Shown here one piece after another: positions 1 to 12,253 of a stretch of DNA of 64,000 bases (its first letter is position 1; each line of letters starts with the position of its first letter). The translations under genes and the position numbers were made by a program. Below the pieces are notes generated by a model. The model was not told the DNA's origin. It saw nothing but the letters and a program-made list of their open reading frames with translations, and made no database searches. The DNA is taken from positions 57,102,001 to 57,166,000 of the forward strand of contig CM060731.1 in the NCBI GenBank assembly GCA_030704615.1, given 5' to 3'. The stretch comes from Takakia lepidozioides. Taxonomy: Eukaryota > Plantae > Bryophyta.

Positions 1-1024
1 TTCGCAGACTTTTCTTCTCCTCTCGCTATATGTCTTAGGTTGACCAGGCAGGCAGCATTTCATCAAGTCTACTTGCAATAAGTGAATATGCCAAAGGGTA
101 GTTACCTCATATAGATGCTCTCGCTTTGCAGTCACCCCATATGATGTCAACCCTACTGCCAGCATGCACCACCGCAAGCCATCTCATCAGAGTGCCCCAT
201 GCAGACATAGTTTTCTACTTTCCACCAATGCACACACGAGTTAGCATCAAATTTGAATATGGTGACACTTGATCATACGAGACCTCAATGGTTGGCAAAG
301 AGGAGAAAATGAATCTAGTAATCTAGTTACCAGAAAGTAAAGAGAACTTGCCAGCATCAGAAAAGCCCCAGCCAAGAATATCAACCACCCAACTCTCCAC
401 CCCAGCCTCCTCTAGTAGTGGATAAGTGCACCGCCATTCCAGCAATGAACTGACAATACCCATCATTCTATAAAGTTGACTGAAACTGGCTGAAGTCCAA
501 CTGTAACACTAGGAATATGATTCCTCAAAAGGAGGGCATTCCACAATGTTCCACTCCAACCAGAAAGAAACCTGATTATATTCTCAAAAGTCAATAGAGA
601 TGAAATTTAGAAAGGTGAGAATCCCATTGCGACAAGGTTCTAACCTGTCGAAACCATGGAGAACTGTTGGTAATGAACCTGTATGTATTACCTTGGGCAC
701 CACACAGCTGGGCATAATTGGCCGTGGAGAAAGACTCGTCTGTGAGACCCAATGGAACACCAGCAATACAATGTCCTTTATCTCAGTTCAGAAGTAGCTG
801 TATGCCAAAAGAGCACTTGCTGTCCAGGGAGAGCACTTGCTGTCCAGGGCGAGCACAGGAAACCCATGAAGCTTTCACATTGGGGGAGTTTGCAGTAGAT
901 GACAGTAGCTCGTAAATTACTGACAAAACCAAACGTCAATGATGTCACCGTATTCAGAATGTAAGATGCTAATGGCTCCACATCCATGCTGCTACGGCAG
1001 TATGAACAATATAAGTTATGCAAT

Positions 1025-1398
1025 AGAGTTATCCGTAAAGTGAGCCTGAATTTGGTACCCTGTTTGGACCCGAGTTACGGGTTTTATCCTGAGTTTGAGT
1101 TAATCCGTAAAGTGCAGAAAACTGGGCATGAAGTCAGAAAAGAGGGCACCAAATCATAAACTGGGGATGAGGGCAATCGCTGCTATGGAGCGAGCTCGTG
1201 GGCTCTGACCGCCTCCGCCTCGACGACTAACCAAACTCGGCACCAGACTCCTCTCACCCCCATTTTTCCTAGTCCTGGCAGTTTGGTCCCGTGTTTTTTT
1301 TAGTCGTACCGCTTGATCCTGAGTTTCGAGTTTCATACCGAGTTCTGGCCAAACTCAGGGTTCTCATGCCGAGTTTGGGACCCTTTACGGATAACTCT
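1025..1398. mobile_element. Non-autonomous TIR element (MITE), TIR AGAGTTATCCGTAAAG, 3-bp TSD AAT
   Basis: AGAGTTATCCGTAAAG at 1025 and its reverse complement CTTTACGGATAACTCT ending at 1398. AAT flanks both sides (1022-1024, 1399-1401). No credible coding sequence. A related copy lies at 25302. Confidence 0.8.
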
Positions 1399-2007
1399 AA
1401 TGTAACCATCCCAACGATCTTTGGACGCAGTCTGCCTGAAATTGTGCATCTCATTTAACTGTCCTTCGTTCTGTTAGTTCGTTCATCGACTCTCTTTGCA
1501 TGAAGAGCAAAGAGATGTGTGTAGGCCTGTGTTCTCTCTCGCTCGACGGGACAATTCTCCGACTGTTGTGCGTAGGAAGGTATGGAATACCAAATGAGAC
1601 CTTTGGACTCCCACGTCCAGATAGACAGAGACATGGCAACTTGACTAGAGCCCACCTCAGACAAACAAACAAGCAAGACAGTTTCGACATCGACATTCAA
1701 CAGTTTTTGAGGAAAAGGCACATGTGTGCAAAAGCATTCGCCGATGGCAGCCTAAGGACGTTTCGGGTCAGATGATTTTCAACCAAAGCAGCACTTCCAT
1801 TTCACTTTCTCAGAAGATACAATGCCCCAAAACGATCAATGATCAAGACAGATTGGGTACATGCTCGTTTTCAGAGCCAACGATCTACAACCTCGCAACT
1901 CGCAACCTCTTGATCTTTATGGCCATGGACAGTAATTACACGGAGTCGGTGACAACAAATTACATCGTCTGTTGACACCATTAGTCAGTCACACAGTCCC
2001 AGGACGC

Positions 2008-3166
2008 TTAAAACCAGCCGTGCTTCTTCTCTTTGCCAGGATCCTCGAACTGTTCCCGTCGCTCCTCCGCTCCCTCTTTCTGGTGGTGTCCATAGACGCC
2101 AAGGCCAGCTGATCCAACAGCCAGTCCAGCAGCAACTTCTGCCTCGATGGTATGTCTGCGAGCGTTCGCAGGATCCTTTCCTATCTGACTGCGCTCATAC
2201 TGCCAAACACACCGAACACAAATATTACCACAGGCGTGAAAAGAGCGGCCCCTAAAACAGAGCAAATATCAAAAAGCAAAACCAAGATGGTGTTCAATTC
2301 TACCGAGGCAGGGAACTACTTCCAGATGCATGGACTTTCTACTCCATAAGCTGTGGCGCAGGCCAGGTGCATTCTTGTTTCGAAGCAAGGAGCTGAGTTC
2401 CTCCAGCTATTTTCGAACTGTGCAGATTTGAGATGTAGTACAAGTAAGCATTAACACCGTGAACAAAACCTATGACCAGAGACGACAACCATTTGTCGGT
2501 GAAAAGCAACCGGGTTGAACAAATGGTTGATTTTCAACCAAATCTATGACCAGAGCCGACAAGCCAAGCAGCAAATCAGATCAATGTCGGTTGAAAGGCG
2601 TAAGAGTCTGTTACAAGAGTAGCACCGTCAATCAGAAGCTAGAGAGAACGACACAGACATGATACATATTGCAGAAGATTAAAGCAGAACGCCTCTCAAT
2701 GACAGAAGCATATCCCATTTTCTCTCAGCTCCCTCCAAAATGCAATACAAATCAGTAGAATCGAACTCACCAGCCCAAATGCGCCGGCTGCCAAAGTACC
2801 CACAACTCCTGCTTCCTCTTCTCTCTTGTAAGTCGTCTCCTCCCTGCGAGTCTTCTCAATGCCATCAATCCTTACCTTCGCCTCTGACGCTTCCGTGGTC
2901 TCTACAACCACAGTACCTTCATTGCCATAGCGATTCTGGCCCTGGTATCTCCCTTCTTCTTGTCCGTAGCCGCCACCATAGCCCGACTCATGCTTATGGT
3001 GATGACCCTCCTCACGCCTGTCAAACCTTTCCTCCTCGTCCTCCCGGCGCCTCTCAAACCTTTCCTCCTCGTCCTCCCGGCGCCTCTCAAACCTTCTCTC
3101 CTCGTCCTCATCTCGCCTCTCATGTCTTTCCTCCTCCCGATGGTGGTGGCCGTGATGCTCAGACAT
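2008..3166 (-). CDS. ABA/WDS-induced (ASR-family) protein, 2 exons (3166-2771, 2199-2008), about 195 aa
   Basis: His/Glu-rich N-terminus with 11-aa (33-nt) tandem repeats. The ABA_WDS motif is split across the intron: YKREEEAGVVGTLAAGAFGL|YERSQIGKDPANARRHTIEAEVAAGLAVGSAGLGVYGHHQK...KKHGWF. GTGAG donor at 2770, CAG acceptor at 2200, in phase. TATA-like TATATATTT near 3271-3279. Confidence 0.88.
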
Positions 3167-4477
3167 TGTGAAGAGAAGAGATGAACAACACCCAAATGCA
3201 GGAGGCTAACAACGATCACTCAAGCTTCACAACCCTCTCAGCCGTTGTTGAGATGAAGGGCAAGCAGCCAAATATATATGGCGATCTCTAACGCGTCTTC
3301 ACTCATTTCCCATGATGCATGCCCCACATGTGCATCCTCCCTCTCATCATTTCCCAAATCTGGATTTGGCAATCATGAGCACATACAATTGCCCACCACG
3401 AAGCTCACATTCTTGGATTGCACCGGATAAAGAAAAACAACGTCGCACCTATCACAATGCTTCGATTGTTTTCGTGATCCCTCCCAAGTTCGAACTTCCA
3501 ACCCATCCACCGGCCTACCCCACCACCCACTCCGACTCCAGAGTCCGCTGGACGTACACAGGATTAGATTCCTGAGCATCTGCAGGATAGAACAGCAGTG
3601 CTATGATGTGGGTTGTACTCGATACGCGTCTGTGTGTCAGCTCATTCATGGCATCATCATTCATGTGACCACCGACCACCTCGGGAGTCGCCCCTGGCCC
3701 TTCGCTTGCGCTTGCGTTGGACTTGCCGGTGTTGGAGCTACGGTACTTACAATCCTGTGTACGTATTACCATGCAAAAACCAGTGTTGGACTGGTATCAA
3801 GTTTTTTACATACCAGACTGGACCTGGTACCAGGCATATCACAAAACTTTCATACCAGTCTGGTCTATATAATGGTGGATGTATTTTTTTTCTGGTATGA
3901 ATATGAGTATCATGACCACAATACCAGTTGGTATGAGATATCAATTGTGGTATCATTCCAAAGCCACTAGGGTAGCATGTGCGTTGGCCCAAGTGTCCAA
4001 TGTCATCTACCTATCTCCAAGTGCAATCCCACATGTATCGAGAGACCCCCCTTGTTTGGGAGATCTTGGGTAGCATGTGGTGTTGGCCCATCTCTGAAGA
4101 ATTGAAATCTAAGCCCAAGTGTGATCCCCTATGTATCCAAGTGTGTCTCCTACGCGTCGAGGCCCAAGTGCGACATCTAGGATATAAGCCTGTGCCGTTG
4201 GCCCATGTGTGAGGAATTGAAATCTAAGACCAAGTGCAATTTCCTATGTATCCCAGTGCGTCTCCTACGTCAAAGCCCATCTAAGGCCAATTGCAATCTT
4301 TTATGTATCCAAGTGCATCTCCCATGTAGCGGCCCAAGTGTCCACTGTCATCTAAGTCCAAGTGCAATCCCCTATGTATCAAAGTGCGTCTCCTATGTCG
4401 GGGCCCAAATGCAACCTCTAGGGTACATTTGTCGTTGGCCCAAGTGTCCAATGTCATCTAAGTAAGTTTTTTTCTAT

Positions 4478-4555
4478 AGAGCCTACGACCAGATTTGAAC
4501 CGGAGACCTTTCCCTTGATATCTCTCCCCTCCTACCACTGTCCCACGAATGCCCA
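4478..4555 (-). other. Degenerate tRNA-like/SINE-head sequence
   Basis: The minus strand has A-box-like TGGGACAGTGG and B-box-like GGTTCAAATCT at tRNA-like spacing. No convincing cloverleaf. Confidence 0.3.
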
Positions 4556-4838
4556 CTTTGCCATTTTTGCTATTTTTTGTGAATTTCTAGCGACCAAAAG
4601 TACTTGGAATTCCACATCTCCCTCACCGCTTGTCCAAAAATCATGAGACTAAGCCGGTGCACCCCTCCTCGTCCAGGGCTTTCCAACGGCACCACACTAG
4701 GGCCCGTGGTTTGGGAGATCTCAACGACGCTACAAAACAATACAAAACAAAACAAACGTCTCGCTCATGTATTGATGTGGCTGGTATGAAAGAACTAATA
4801 CCAGCCTGGTCTTGTATATAACCAAGTATTCTCCCCAA

Positions 4839-4862
4839 ATATATATATATATATATATATAT
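4839..4862. repeat. (AT)12 microsatellite
   Basis: Direct observation of an ATATAT run. Confidence 0.95.
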
Positions 4863-6194
4863 GACGTCTCGCCCCAAGGGAGCCTAAGTTATGGTGTCTT
4901 TTCACCACAAGGGCTACTACCTTCCAGCTGTCTTCATGACACACCAGACTGTGGTTTGAACCCACAACCACATCCAACGGGGTATGTGCCCATTACCACT
5001 GGGCTATATGCTGGTTGTCGTATTCTCCCAAATGATACCAGACTAGTCTGGTATCTAATACCAGTGCATATACAATACTAGGGCTTCGCGTTGCTCCGCA
5101 CTACTAGCGACAACTTCTGAGAACAACGTCCAGATAGATGGGCTATATTCAAGATAGATGGGCTATATTCAAGTTTTATGAAAGAGACTACGCATCATGT
5201 TGGGAGAAAATGTGGTTGTAGTTTTCCCTTCCTCTTACGATTTGTCAAAGCAAGAGAGCCCATTGCAATTCGAGGCTTGTTTCATCTGAGCATAATTTGA
5301 CCGTTGTAATGGCTTTGGCTCGTTTTGATACAACAAGTAGATTTTGTTTATAAATATTGTTTATATGATATCTTTTTCATCTTTATTTTCACTTGGTTTA
5401 TATTTTATCTGGATTCTGTCTGTCCGCATTAACATTTTGTTTTTCCATATTATTTTGAAATTATACACATACCCGAGTTTTTTTTGTGTTTTATGCTGGA
5501 CATTAGCATTTTGTACAGCGGAGTGCTACACAAGTCCGTACACACCAATAAAAACTCATTTAGTAGAAAGACCATACAACAATCATTGGCTACCATCATT
5601 AAGTTCCAGCAGAATTTTAGGTTCAACATGAAACTCAGTCTGCTTACCAAAGTGCAGAGTCAACTCCAGACCTAAAGTGGAAAGTATGAATAAAAGAGCA
5701 CATGTAAAGAGTGTCATCAAATTTGGACTATCAACATCTTGAAGAGACATAACTAGCAGCTAGACCTCTTCACTAATTTCATCAGCTATTAGGACCAGCA
5801 AAAGTACTGACAAACTTTCTGAAGAATGGGTGTACTGATCTCTGGAAATCTTACTTCAGCTAACTCCGTCTCTGTAAAACTTCCTGTCACAAATACATGA
5901 GGTTCTTCTGGAGAGTTTCCTTCTGGAGAGTATCCTTCTGAGCCGGTTTGATTTCAAGCAAATCTTTTTCCTCACTCTCCCTCTTGATACTCTCCATTGG
6001 CTTCCATAAGCTCTAGTTGGAAAAGCTCTAGTTCAGACCCCAACTTACCAGGACAAACCCTCAATCTGCTGTTAACTTAAAGAGCTGTGACCATGGGAAC
6101 TCCCATTATACTGGGAAGTTGTAGAGCATACATGATAGATTCCGCATGGTTGAACAAACAGGCGGGACACAGAAAAATGATAGCATGGATTTCC

Positions 6195-7974
6195 TTAAAT
6201 TCTGGGATGCAACTTGTCATCTACAACGAAGGTGTGCACCCAGTTGCCGACCTCAATGCAGCAGCGACCTTGCTCCTTTCTAACCCCTCTCACCTTCATC
6301 ATTCTTCTCAGCTTTGCAGTATCATCACACCTGTAAGCTGCAGCATAAATATTTGATAGCAACACATAAGTTGCGGCATCATGTTCATCCCACTTGAGGA
6401 TGGATGTTGCCGCACGTTCAGCCATCTCCACTTTGAAATGGATTCTGCAGGCACCAAGCAAGGCCTTCCACACCACAACATCCGGATTGATTGGCATTTT
6501 ATTAATCGGGTCCACTACCTCATCTATTTGTCCCGCACATCCAAGAAGGTCCACCATGCAGCCAAAGTGCTTTACTATCGGAGTGACACCATGATCTTGA
6601 CTCAAGGAATCGAAGTAGCGTCTTCATTCATTCAGTAGGCCAGTGTGGCTGCAAGTAGAGAGAACACATATAAAGCTGATATTGTCCGGCTTTCTTTTGC
6701 ATTCCTTCAAATAGTTGCAGGACCTCCATATGACAACCATGCTGGGCATATCCTGCGATCATCGCATTCCACGACACCTCATTTCGTTCAGCCACATTGT
6801 CAAATATTCCCTTTGCATCCTCAATGCACCCACATTTCGCATACATGTCCACCAGGGCAGTGTCTAGAATGACATTTGGTACAATTCCAGCTTTGATGAT
6901 GTCACCTGCACCTCTTTGCCCTTTTACAGGGCTGCCAAGCTTGCACAAGCATTGCAAACGCACACAAACGTGATGTGGTCGAGCTTCACCCCTTCCCCCA
7001 TCATTTTCTCATAGGTCTCCAATGCCTCCATCCCGCGTCCCAGCTATGCAGGATGACACCAAATCTCGTTCAGCCATACTATTGAACACCCCCTCCGCGT
7101 CCTCAATGCTCCCACATTTGACATACATGTTCACAAGGGTATTTTGCAGAATCACATCTGGTACAAATCCAACTTTGGTGATGCAACCGCGGACCTCTTT
7201 GCCCTTTTCCAGGGCTGCTAGGCTTGCACACGCACTACAAATGCACACAAACGTGATGTGGTTGGGCTTCACCCCTTCCCCCATCATCTGCTCATAGGTC
7301 TCCAAAGCCTCCATCCCGCACCCCTGCTATGCATACCCTGCAAGCATCGCGTTCCAACGACACCACATCTTGTTTAGCCATACTGTCGAGCACTCCTTTT
7401 GGATCCTCGATGCACGCACATTTGACATACATTTCCACCAAGGCAGTGTTCAGAATTACATCGGGTACAATTCCAAATTTGACGATGCCACCATGGACCT
7501 CTTTGCACTTTTCCAAGGCTGCCAGGCTTGCACACGCATTGCAAATGCAAACAAACGTTATGTGGTTGGGCTTCACCCCTTCGCATATCATTTGCTCATA
7601 GGTCTCCAAAGCCTCCATCTGTGCCCTTGTTGTGCATATCTTGCAATCGTCGCACTCCACGACACCACATCTCATTCAGCCATACTGTCGAACACTCCCT
7701 TCATACAAGTCCACAATAATGGCATTTGGTACAATTTGCAGCTCTGACAATGTCGCCATGCACCTCTTCGTCATTTTCCAAAGCTACCAGGCTTGCACAC
7801 GCATTGCAAATGCACAGAGACGTGACGTGGTCGGGCGTCACCCCTTCCCATCATTTGATCATAGGTCTCCAAGGCCTCCATACCACGCCCCTGCTGTGCA
7901 TACCTTGCAAGCATCGTGTTCCACATGATCAAAGATAGTTGAGGCATTTTGTTGAACACTTGGTGAGCATCCAT
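6195..7974 (-). pseudogene. PLS-class PPR protein with E/E+ domain (organellar RNA-editing factor type), frameshifted pseudogene
   Basis: Repeated P-L-S motifs (ALVDMYAKCGCIEDA, VSWNAMIAGYAQHG, GVKPNHITFVCI) with a period of about 300 nt. C-terminal E domain HFGCMVDLLG...VWKALLGACRIH...YVLLSNIYAA...VRKEQGRCCIEV...VHTF. Broken into several frames; no DYW domain seen. Confidence 0.9.
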
Positions 7975-8164
7975 GATGCTCTACTTGAGCAAGAGGCCGA
8001 CATACGTATCTGAATTTGCTGAAATGCCTCCTTGGTTTAAAGTCTGTAGAGCCTCTGGAAGTCTGTCTGCTGCACAAATTAGCATCTTCACATCCCAGAA
8101 GTGTCAGAAGAGGCATTGTGGACTCCCTCTCTTGATCCTCTTTTAGAAGTTGTGGTCATGGTTG

Positions 8165-8575
8165 AGGTGCCTGATTTTATCAACTGTGCCGGTGCAGCTG
8201 CTGCCTTTAGTTGACCATCTATCCATGCAGGTTTCGTGTAGCTATTGATCCACAGGGAATTGTAGGTAATCTGGAACTTGAAGTCCGGCCCTCTTGGATG
8301 AATCTGGACCCACACTCTATCCCTGCTCCTTCAGCTATCCATGCCTCTGCACAAATCATGCATACATCCTTTCCTTGCTGCTAGCAGCTGACAATGACAG
8401 CCTAGATTTGTTCTAGGAAACACCCAACTCAACTTATTACACCTGTTCCTATGTTCAATTGCATCTGCTACTCTCTGTAATCCAACAGGCATTCACCTTT
8501 TTGCCTCGATTGTCCCACCATTAACTGGGGTCAGAAAAAATATTCATTCCACAACTGCTCCTCGTCTCTGTTACC
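8165..8575. repeat. About 410-bp direct duplication (copy 2 at about 21664-22062), upstream of PPR sequence
   Basis: GTGCCTGATTTTATCAA...CACACTCTATCCCTGCTCCTTCAGCTATCC...TCTCTGTTA occurs at both loci with scattered substitutions. Each copy lies 5' (minus strand) of PPR sequence. Confidence 0.8.
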
Positions 8576-8581
8576 TGCCTC

Positions 8582-9642
8582 TGTTAGAGGGCTGTCTGGG
8601 ACTTAAACACTTTTATGGGCTCTGTGGGGTACCCTTAATTTTTGCGCAGACTTACGGATGGTAGACTTAGACCAACAGAGGTCTTAGGGGTGACAGGCAC
8701 AGGCTTTAGGAGTGGTAGACAGGTTTACACACTCAGTCACAGTCTATCACAGCCATACACAGCCTTACACAGCCCGACATAGCCTTACACAGTCTGTCAC
8801 GATCAATCACATCCTATCATAGTTAGTCATAGTCTATCACAGCTCGGCACAGTTTGGCACAGCCAGTCACAGCCCGACACAACTTTACACAGCCAGTTAC
8901 AGCCGACACAGTCCGACACAGCCAGTCATAGCTCGGCACAGTCACAGCCCAACACAGCTTGGCACAGCCCGTCACAGCGTACATAGGGAACGGTTATCAT
9001 TAGCAAAGAACGACTGTGTGGGAACAACATCTGCAGAGGGAACGTGTTACTTCAGGGGTGACAGTTAGTTAGTTAGGCGGTTACAACAGCTTGCATGTAG
9101 ATGAGGCAGAGTAGCAACGGGGGGAGTTCTTGGTCATGAGTGGAGGAGATGAAGTGGAGAGCAGGAACGGAACCAAGGATGGAGAACACGGCGAAGATGG
9201 GAAGATGATTGGATCGATGCTTGATTCATGCAAGCTGTAGAGTCGTACTGTAGAACATATTAGAGACACTATGGCTACGGCCTGATACTGAACAGAGATT
9301 AATATGATACACATTCCTTACCCACACCGTGTAGAGAGAACTGAGTGAAATTGTGGAATGAATGGTTGAGCAATCGGAACCTGGTAGATTGCTGAAGTAA
9401 ACTGTTTCTCAAATATAAACAGTAAGGTAATATGCTGATAAGAAGGCAAGAAGGAATACAAACAAGAAGCACTACCATGATACACCAGATGTAGGTCATG
9501 ACTGATTGTTCTAAGCGGGCTGAGTGCTTAGAGATATCCAACTCTTCTATTTTGGAGTTCCCTCCTCGGATAGTCCCACCATGGACATCAGTGTCTCAGG
9601 CCCAAATTTGTATACATGCAAGTGAGTAAAAGCCGCTCGCCA
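8582..9642 (+). repeat. 5' LTR
   Basis: Starts TGTTAGAGGGCTG, ends GCCGCTCGCCA. Near-identical to 20427-21434 and contains a CACAG-rich tract. Confidence 0.95.
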
Positions 9643-10230
9643 TTTGGCGACCATACTGGGGAACTAAGTCAAGAACAACCAGATGTGATAGGCATCTTAT
9701 GGGATCATGGTGGTTGGAGAATTAAAGAATTTGATGTGAATCAAATTCCCTGTGGAACTGAGAAAGAAAGGTTGTCCAAGCAATTCTTTCAGAGATTCTT
9801 GGAATTGCCAGACGGTTGTAAAGAAAACATTCTTAAGAGAGTGCATGATGCATATCCTGAGTGGGGTCTGGAGAAAGGAGTGATAAAGATTTATCAGGTG
9901 GCCTGTAGAGGGAGAGCAAGTTGGTTACCAACACTGGTTTATGTGATAGCGTTGCTATCCATTAAACGAGTGGAATTTGAAGGCTGGGAGGAACGGAAAG
10001 TGAATGTTTACACTCATATGCATGAAGAACTTGTACTGGTAAAGAATTGGATTCCCAAGGATATCTTGTGGATCAAACTTACACCAAGAACAGCTTTCCA
10101 AACGTGTTTGCCATATGGTTATATGGTAACAGAGACTTCTAGTATAGCCAAGGGTGCATTGAAGCTTGAAAGAAACCCAGGCATATACGAGAGATACTAC
10201 ATGAGAGAGTTTTGGTTATTGCCTCATTGA
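9616..10230 (+). CDS. Extra ORF upstream of gag, unknown function
   Basis: 204-aa stop-free ORF between the PBS and gag. The listed ATG overlaps the LTR end, so the true start is probably further downstream. Confidence 0.45.
   Translation: MQVSKSRSPFGDHTGELSQEQPDVIGILWDHGGWRIKEFDVNQIPCGTEKERLSKQFFQRFLELPDGCKENILKRVHDAYPEWGLEKGVIKIYQVACRGRASWLPTLVYVIALLSIKRVEFEGWEERKVNVYTHMHEELVLVKNWIPKDILWIKLTPRTAFQTCLPYGYMVTETSSIAKGALKLERNPGIYERYYMREFWLLPH
9645..9662 (+). promoter_or_regulatory. Primer-binding site (non-iMet; resembles tRNA-Arg-type PBS)
   Basis: TGGCGACCATACTGGGGA begins 2 nt after the LTR end. The tRNA identity is inferred from resemblance to Tat/Ogre PBS sequences. Confidence 0.6.
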
Positions 10231-10250
10231 AGATATGAAAGACATGGGAC

Positions 10251-12085
10251 ATGAGTGATGAAAGAGAAGCTAGACTTCACAGATATTCAGCAAAAAGAGA
10301 GAGTTATTTGAAAGCTAATTATCCATATCTTTGGGAGAGAGGAATAGACATAGAAGAATCATCTGGACCTCTCACACCATTAAGGTCGAAGAGTACATCA
10401 CCCATACCGGAGGAACCAGAGTTGGATGCCACTCCTTCTTATTCTTTACAAGAAAGATTAAGGGATTTGGTACAGGAAGAGGATCAGCCACGAGGAGAGA
10501 GATCTGAGGTACATCCCTGGATAAAAGATTTGACAGAAATCTTTGATAAGAGTTGGCATGGAACACCAAAAGCAGGAACTCCAGTTTCTGAAGCAGAAGA
10601 CAAAGAAGGAGAGGAAGATGTGGCAGAGCCAACGGAGAGTTCAAACTCTCCAACACCATTGCAATTGAGTTACATGAGTGAAGAAGAGGAAAACCAAGAG
10701 AAGAACTTGGAAGATGAAAACAGAGAGAAGAATTTGGAAGATGAAGAGTATGAAGAAGTAGACCCAACAGTTGAGGTTGAGACTACAACCGGGACATCCC
10801 AACCTGTTGGACCTGGATCAAGTAGAGCACTTGGATCACAGGCCAACGAAGGTGTCGGCTCAAGGGGATCAGGCGGGCAGCTTGGATCTAGCTCTGGAAG
10901 AACAGGGAGTGTGGGAAGTAATGCAACTGGAGCTGGGGATACTGAGAATACAGTGGGGCCGGTAGCATGGAGTGCTCAGGGGCCAGCATCTGGTGGAAGA
11001 TCCACCACTACAACAACAGGTCCTCAAGGACCAGCACCTGTCAGTGGGCAAGGTGTAGGGCCACAGATGGCGGTACCTCCAACACGGGCAAAACCACATT
11101 TTCCAATATACGCAGGGAAAGGGGATCCTGATGTACACATTAGTCAATTTGAGCACATGTGTATTGTGAACAATGAGAATGGTGATGATGCCAAGATGAG
11201 ATTGTTTCCTTGTTCACTTATCAAGAAAGCAAGTGAATGGTATGCAAGATTTCCAGATAATCATTTCCTAACGTGGAATGGCCTTAGTACGGCATTCCGG
11301 AATAGGTTCAGGACAAGCAAAACTGAGGATGAAGTGTATGGAAGTTTACAACAGTTAAGGCAAAAGAAGCATAAAACTGTTGAGGAGTACATGGAAAAAA
11401 TGGAGGCTGCTGTACCAGCGCCAGGGTTATAGAAGACTTGGTTTGTGAGTGGACTAAGACCAGAGTTGCAAAAGAAAGTGGATATGTTACCCCATAATAC
11501 AGTGGAGGAGGCATTTGAAACAGCCAACAGGATTGAGCAATTGGGAATGCTCAGAAGAGATAAGAGGGATGATGAGGACTCTGAGGATGAGTCAGATGAG
11601 GAAGAAGAGCAAGAGCTCAAATGGAAGAGTAAGAAAAAAGAGAAGCTGAAGAGGGAAAACTATGAGAAAAACTGGAGGAGATCTTGAAGAAGTATGCCAC
11701 AGAGGCTGCAACACATTGGAGGAAGGGTGTTTGGTGTGCAAAATGCCAGAATGAAGGCCATACCACAGCTGAATGCCACATGAAGAAGAAACATTGTACT
11801 ATCTATAAAATGGATAACCATTCTACAGAGAATTGTTATTACAACAGAAGGATAGCTGCAAGAGAACCTAGGCAAGTAAGGGTGCATCAAGTGCAGCCCC
11901 AACCAAGAAGGAACAATGATCGGGACCATTATGGAAGGCCTGGTGGTTATAATAATGGTATGGCAGGGAGAGGTAATCCAAGAGGGAATTACCAAGGCAA
12001 TCCCAGAGGCAACTATCAGGGTAATCCAAGGGGGAATTATCAGCCAGGGAATCAGGATTATAGAAATAATCCCAGAGCAGACTAA
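10251..12085 (+). pseudogene. gag: Retrotransposon Gag with CCHC knuckles (stops/frameshift)
   Basis: FPIYAGKGDPDVHISQF...LFPCSL...ASEWY...LRQKKHKTVEEY; knuckles CAKCQNEGHTTAEC and a degenerate CTIYKMDNHSTENC. Confidence 0.85.
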
Positions 12086-12253
12086 GACCCAATGGTGAAG
12101 AATTGTGTTACTATTGTAATCAGGCAGGACATCGTAAAGCAGCCTGTCCATTCTGGATCAGACACTAGAATGAGATGAGAGCTCCTGTGAATGAGGGCCC
12201 ACTGGTGGTAGCTCACATGGTTAGGCCATGTTTTTGTACCAGAAGTAAGTACA

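Noticed and set aside
1-1020. Possible decayed coding sequence on the minus strand
   Set aside because: No recognisable motif or sustained reading frame.
3765-5080. ATACCAG- and GGCCCAAGTG-rich repeats suggesting nested non-autonomous elements
   Set aside because: No clear TIR or TSD could be defined by eye.
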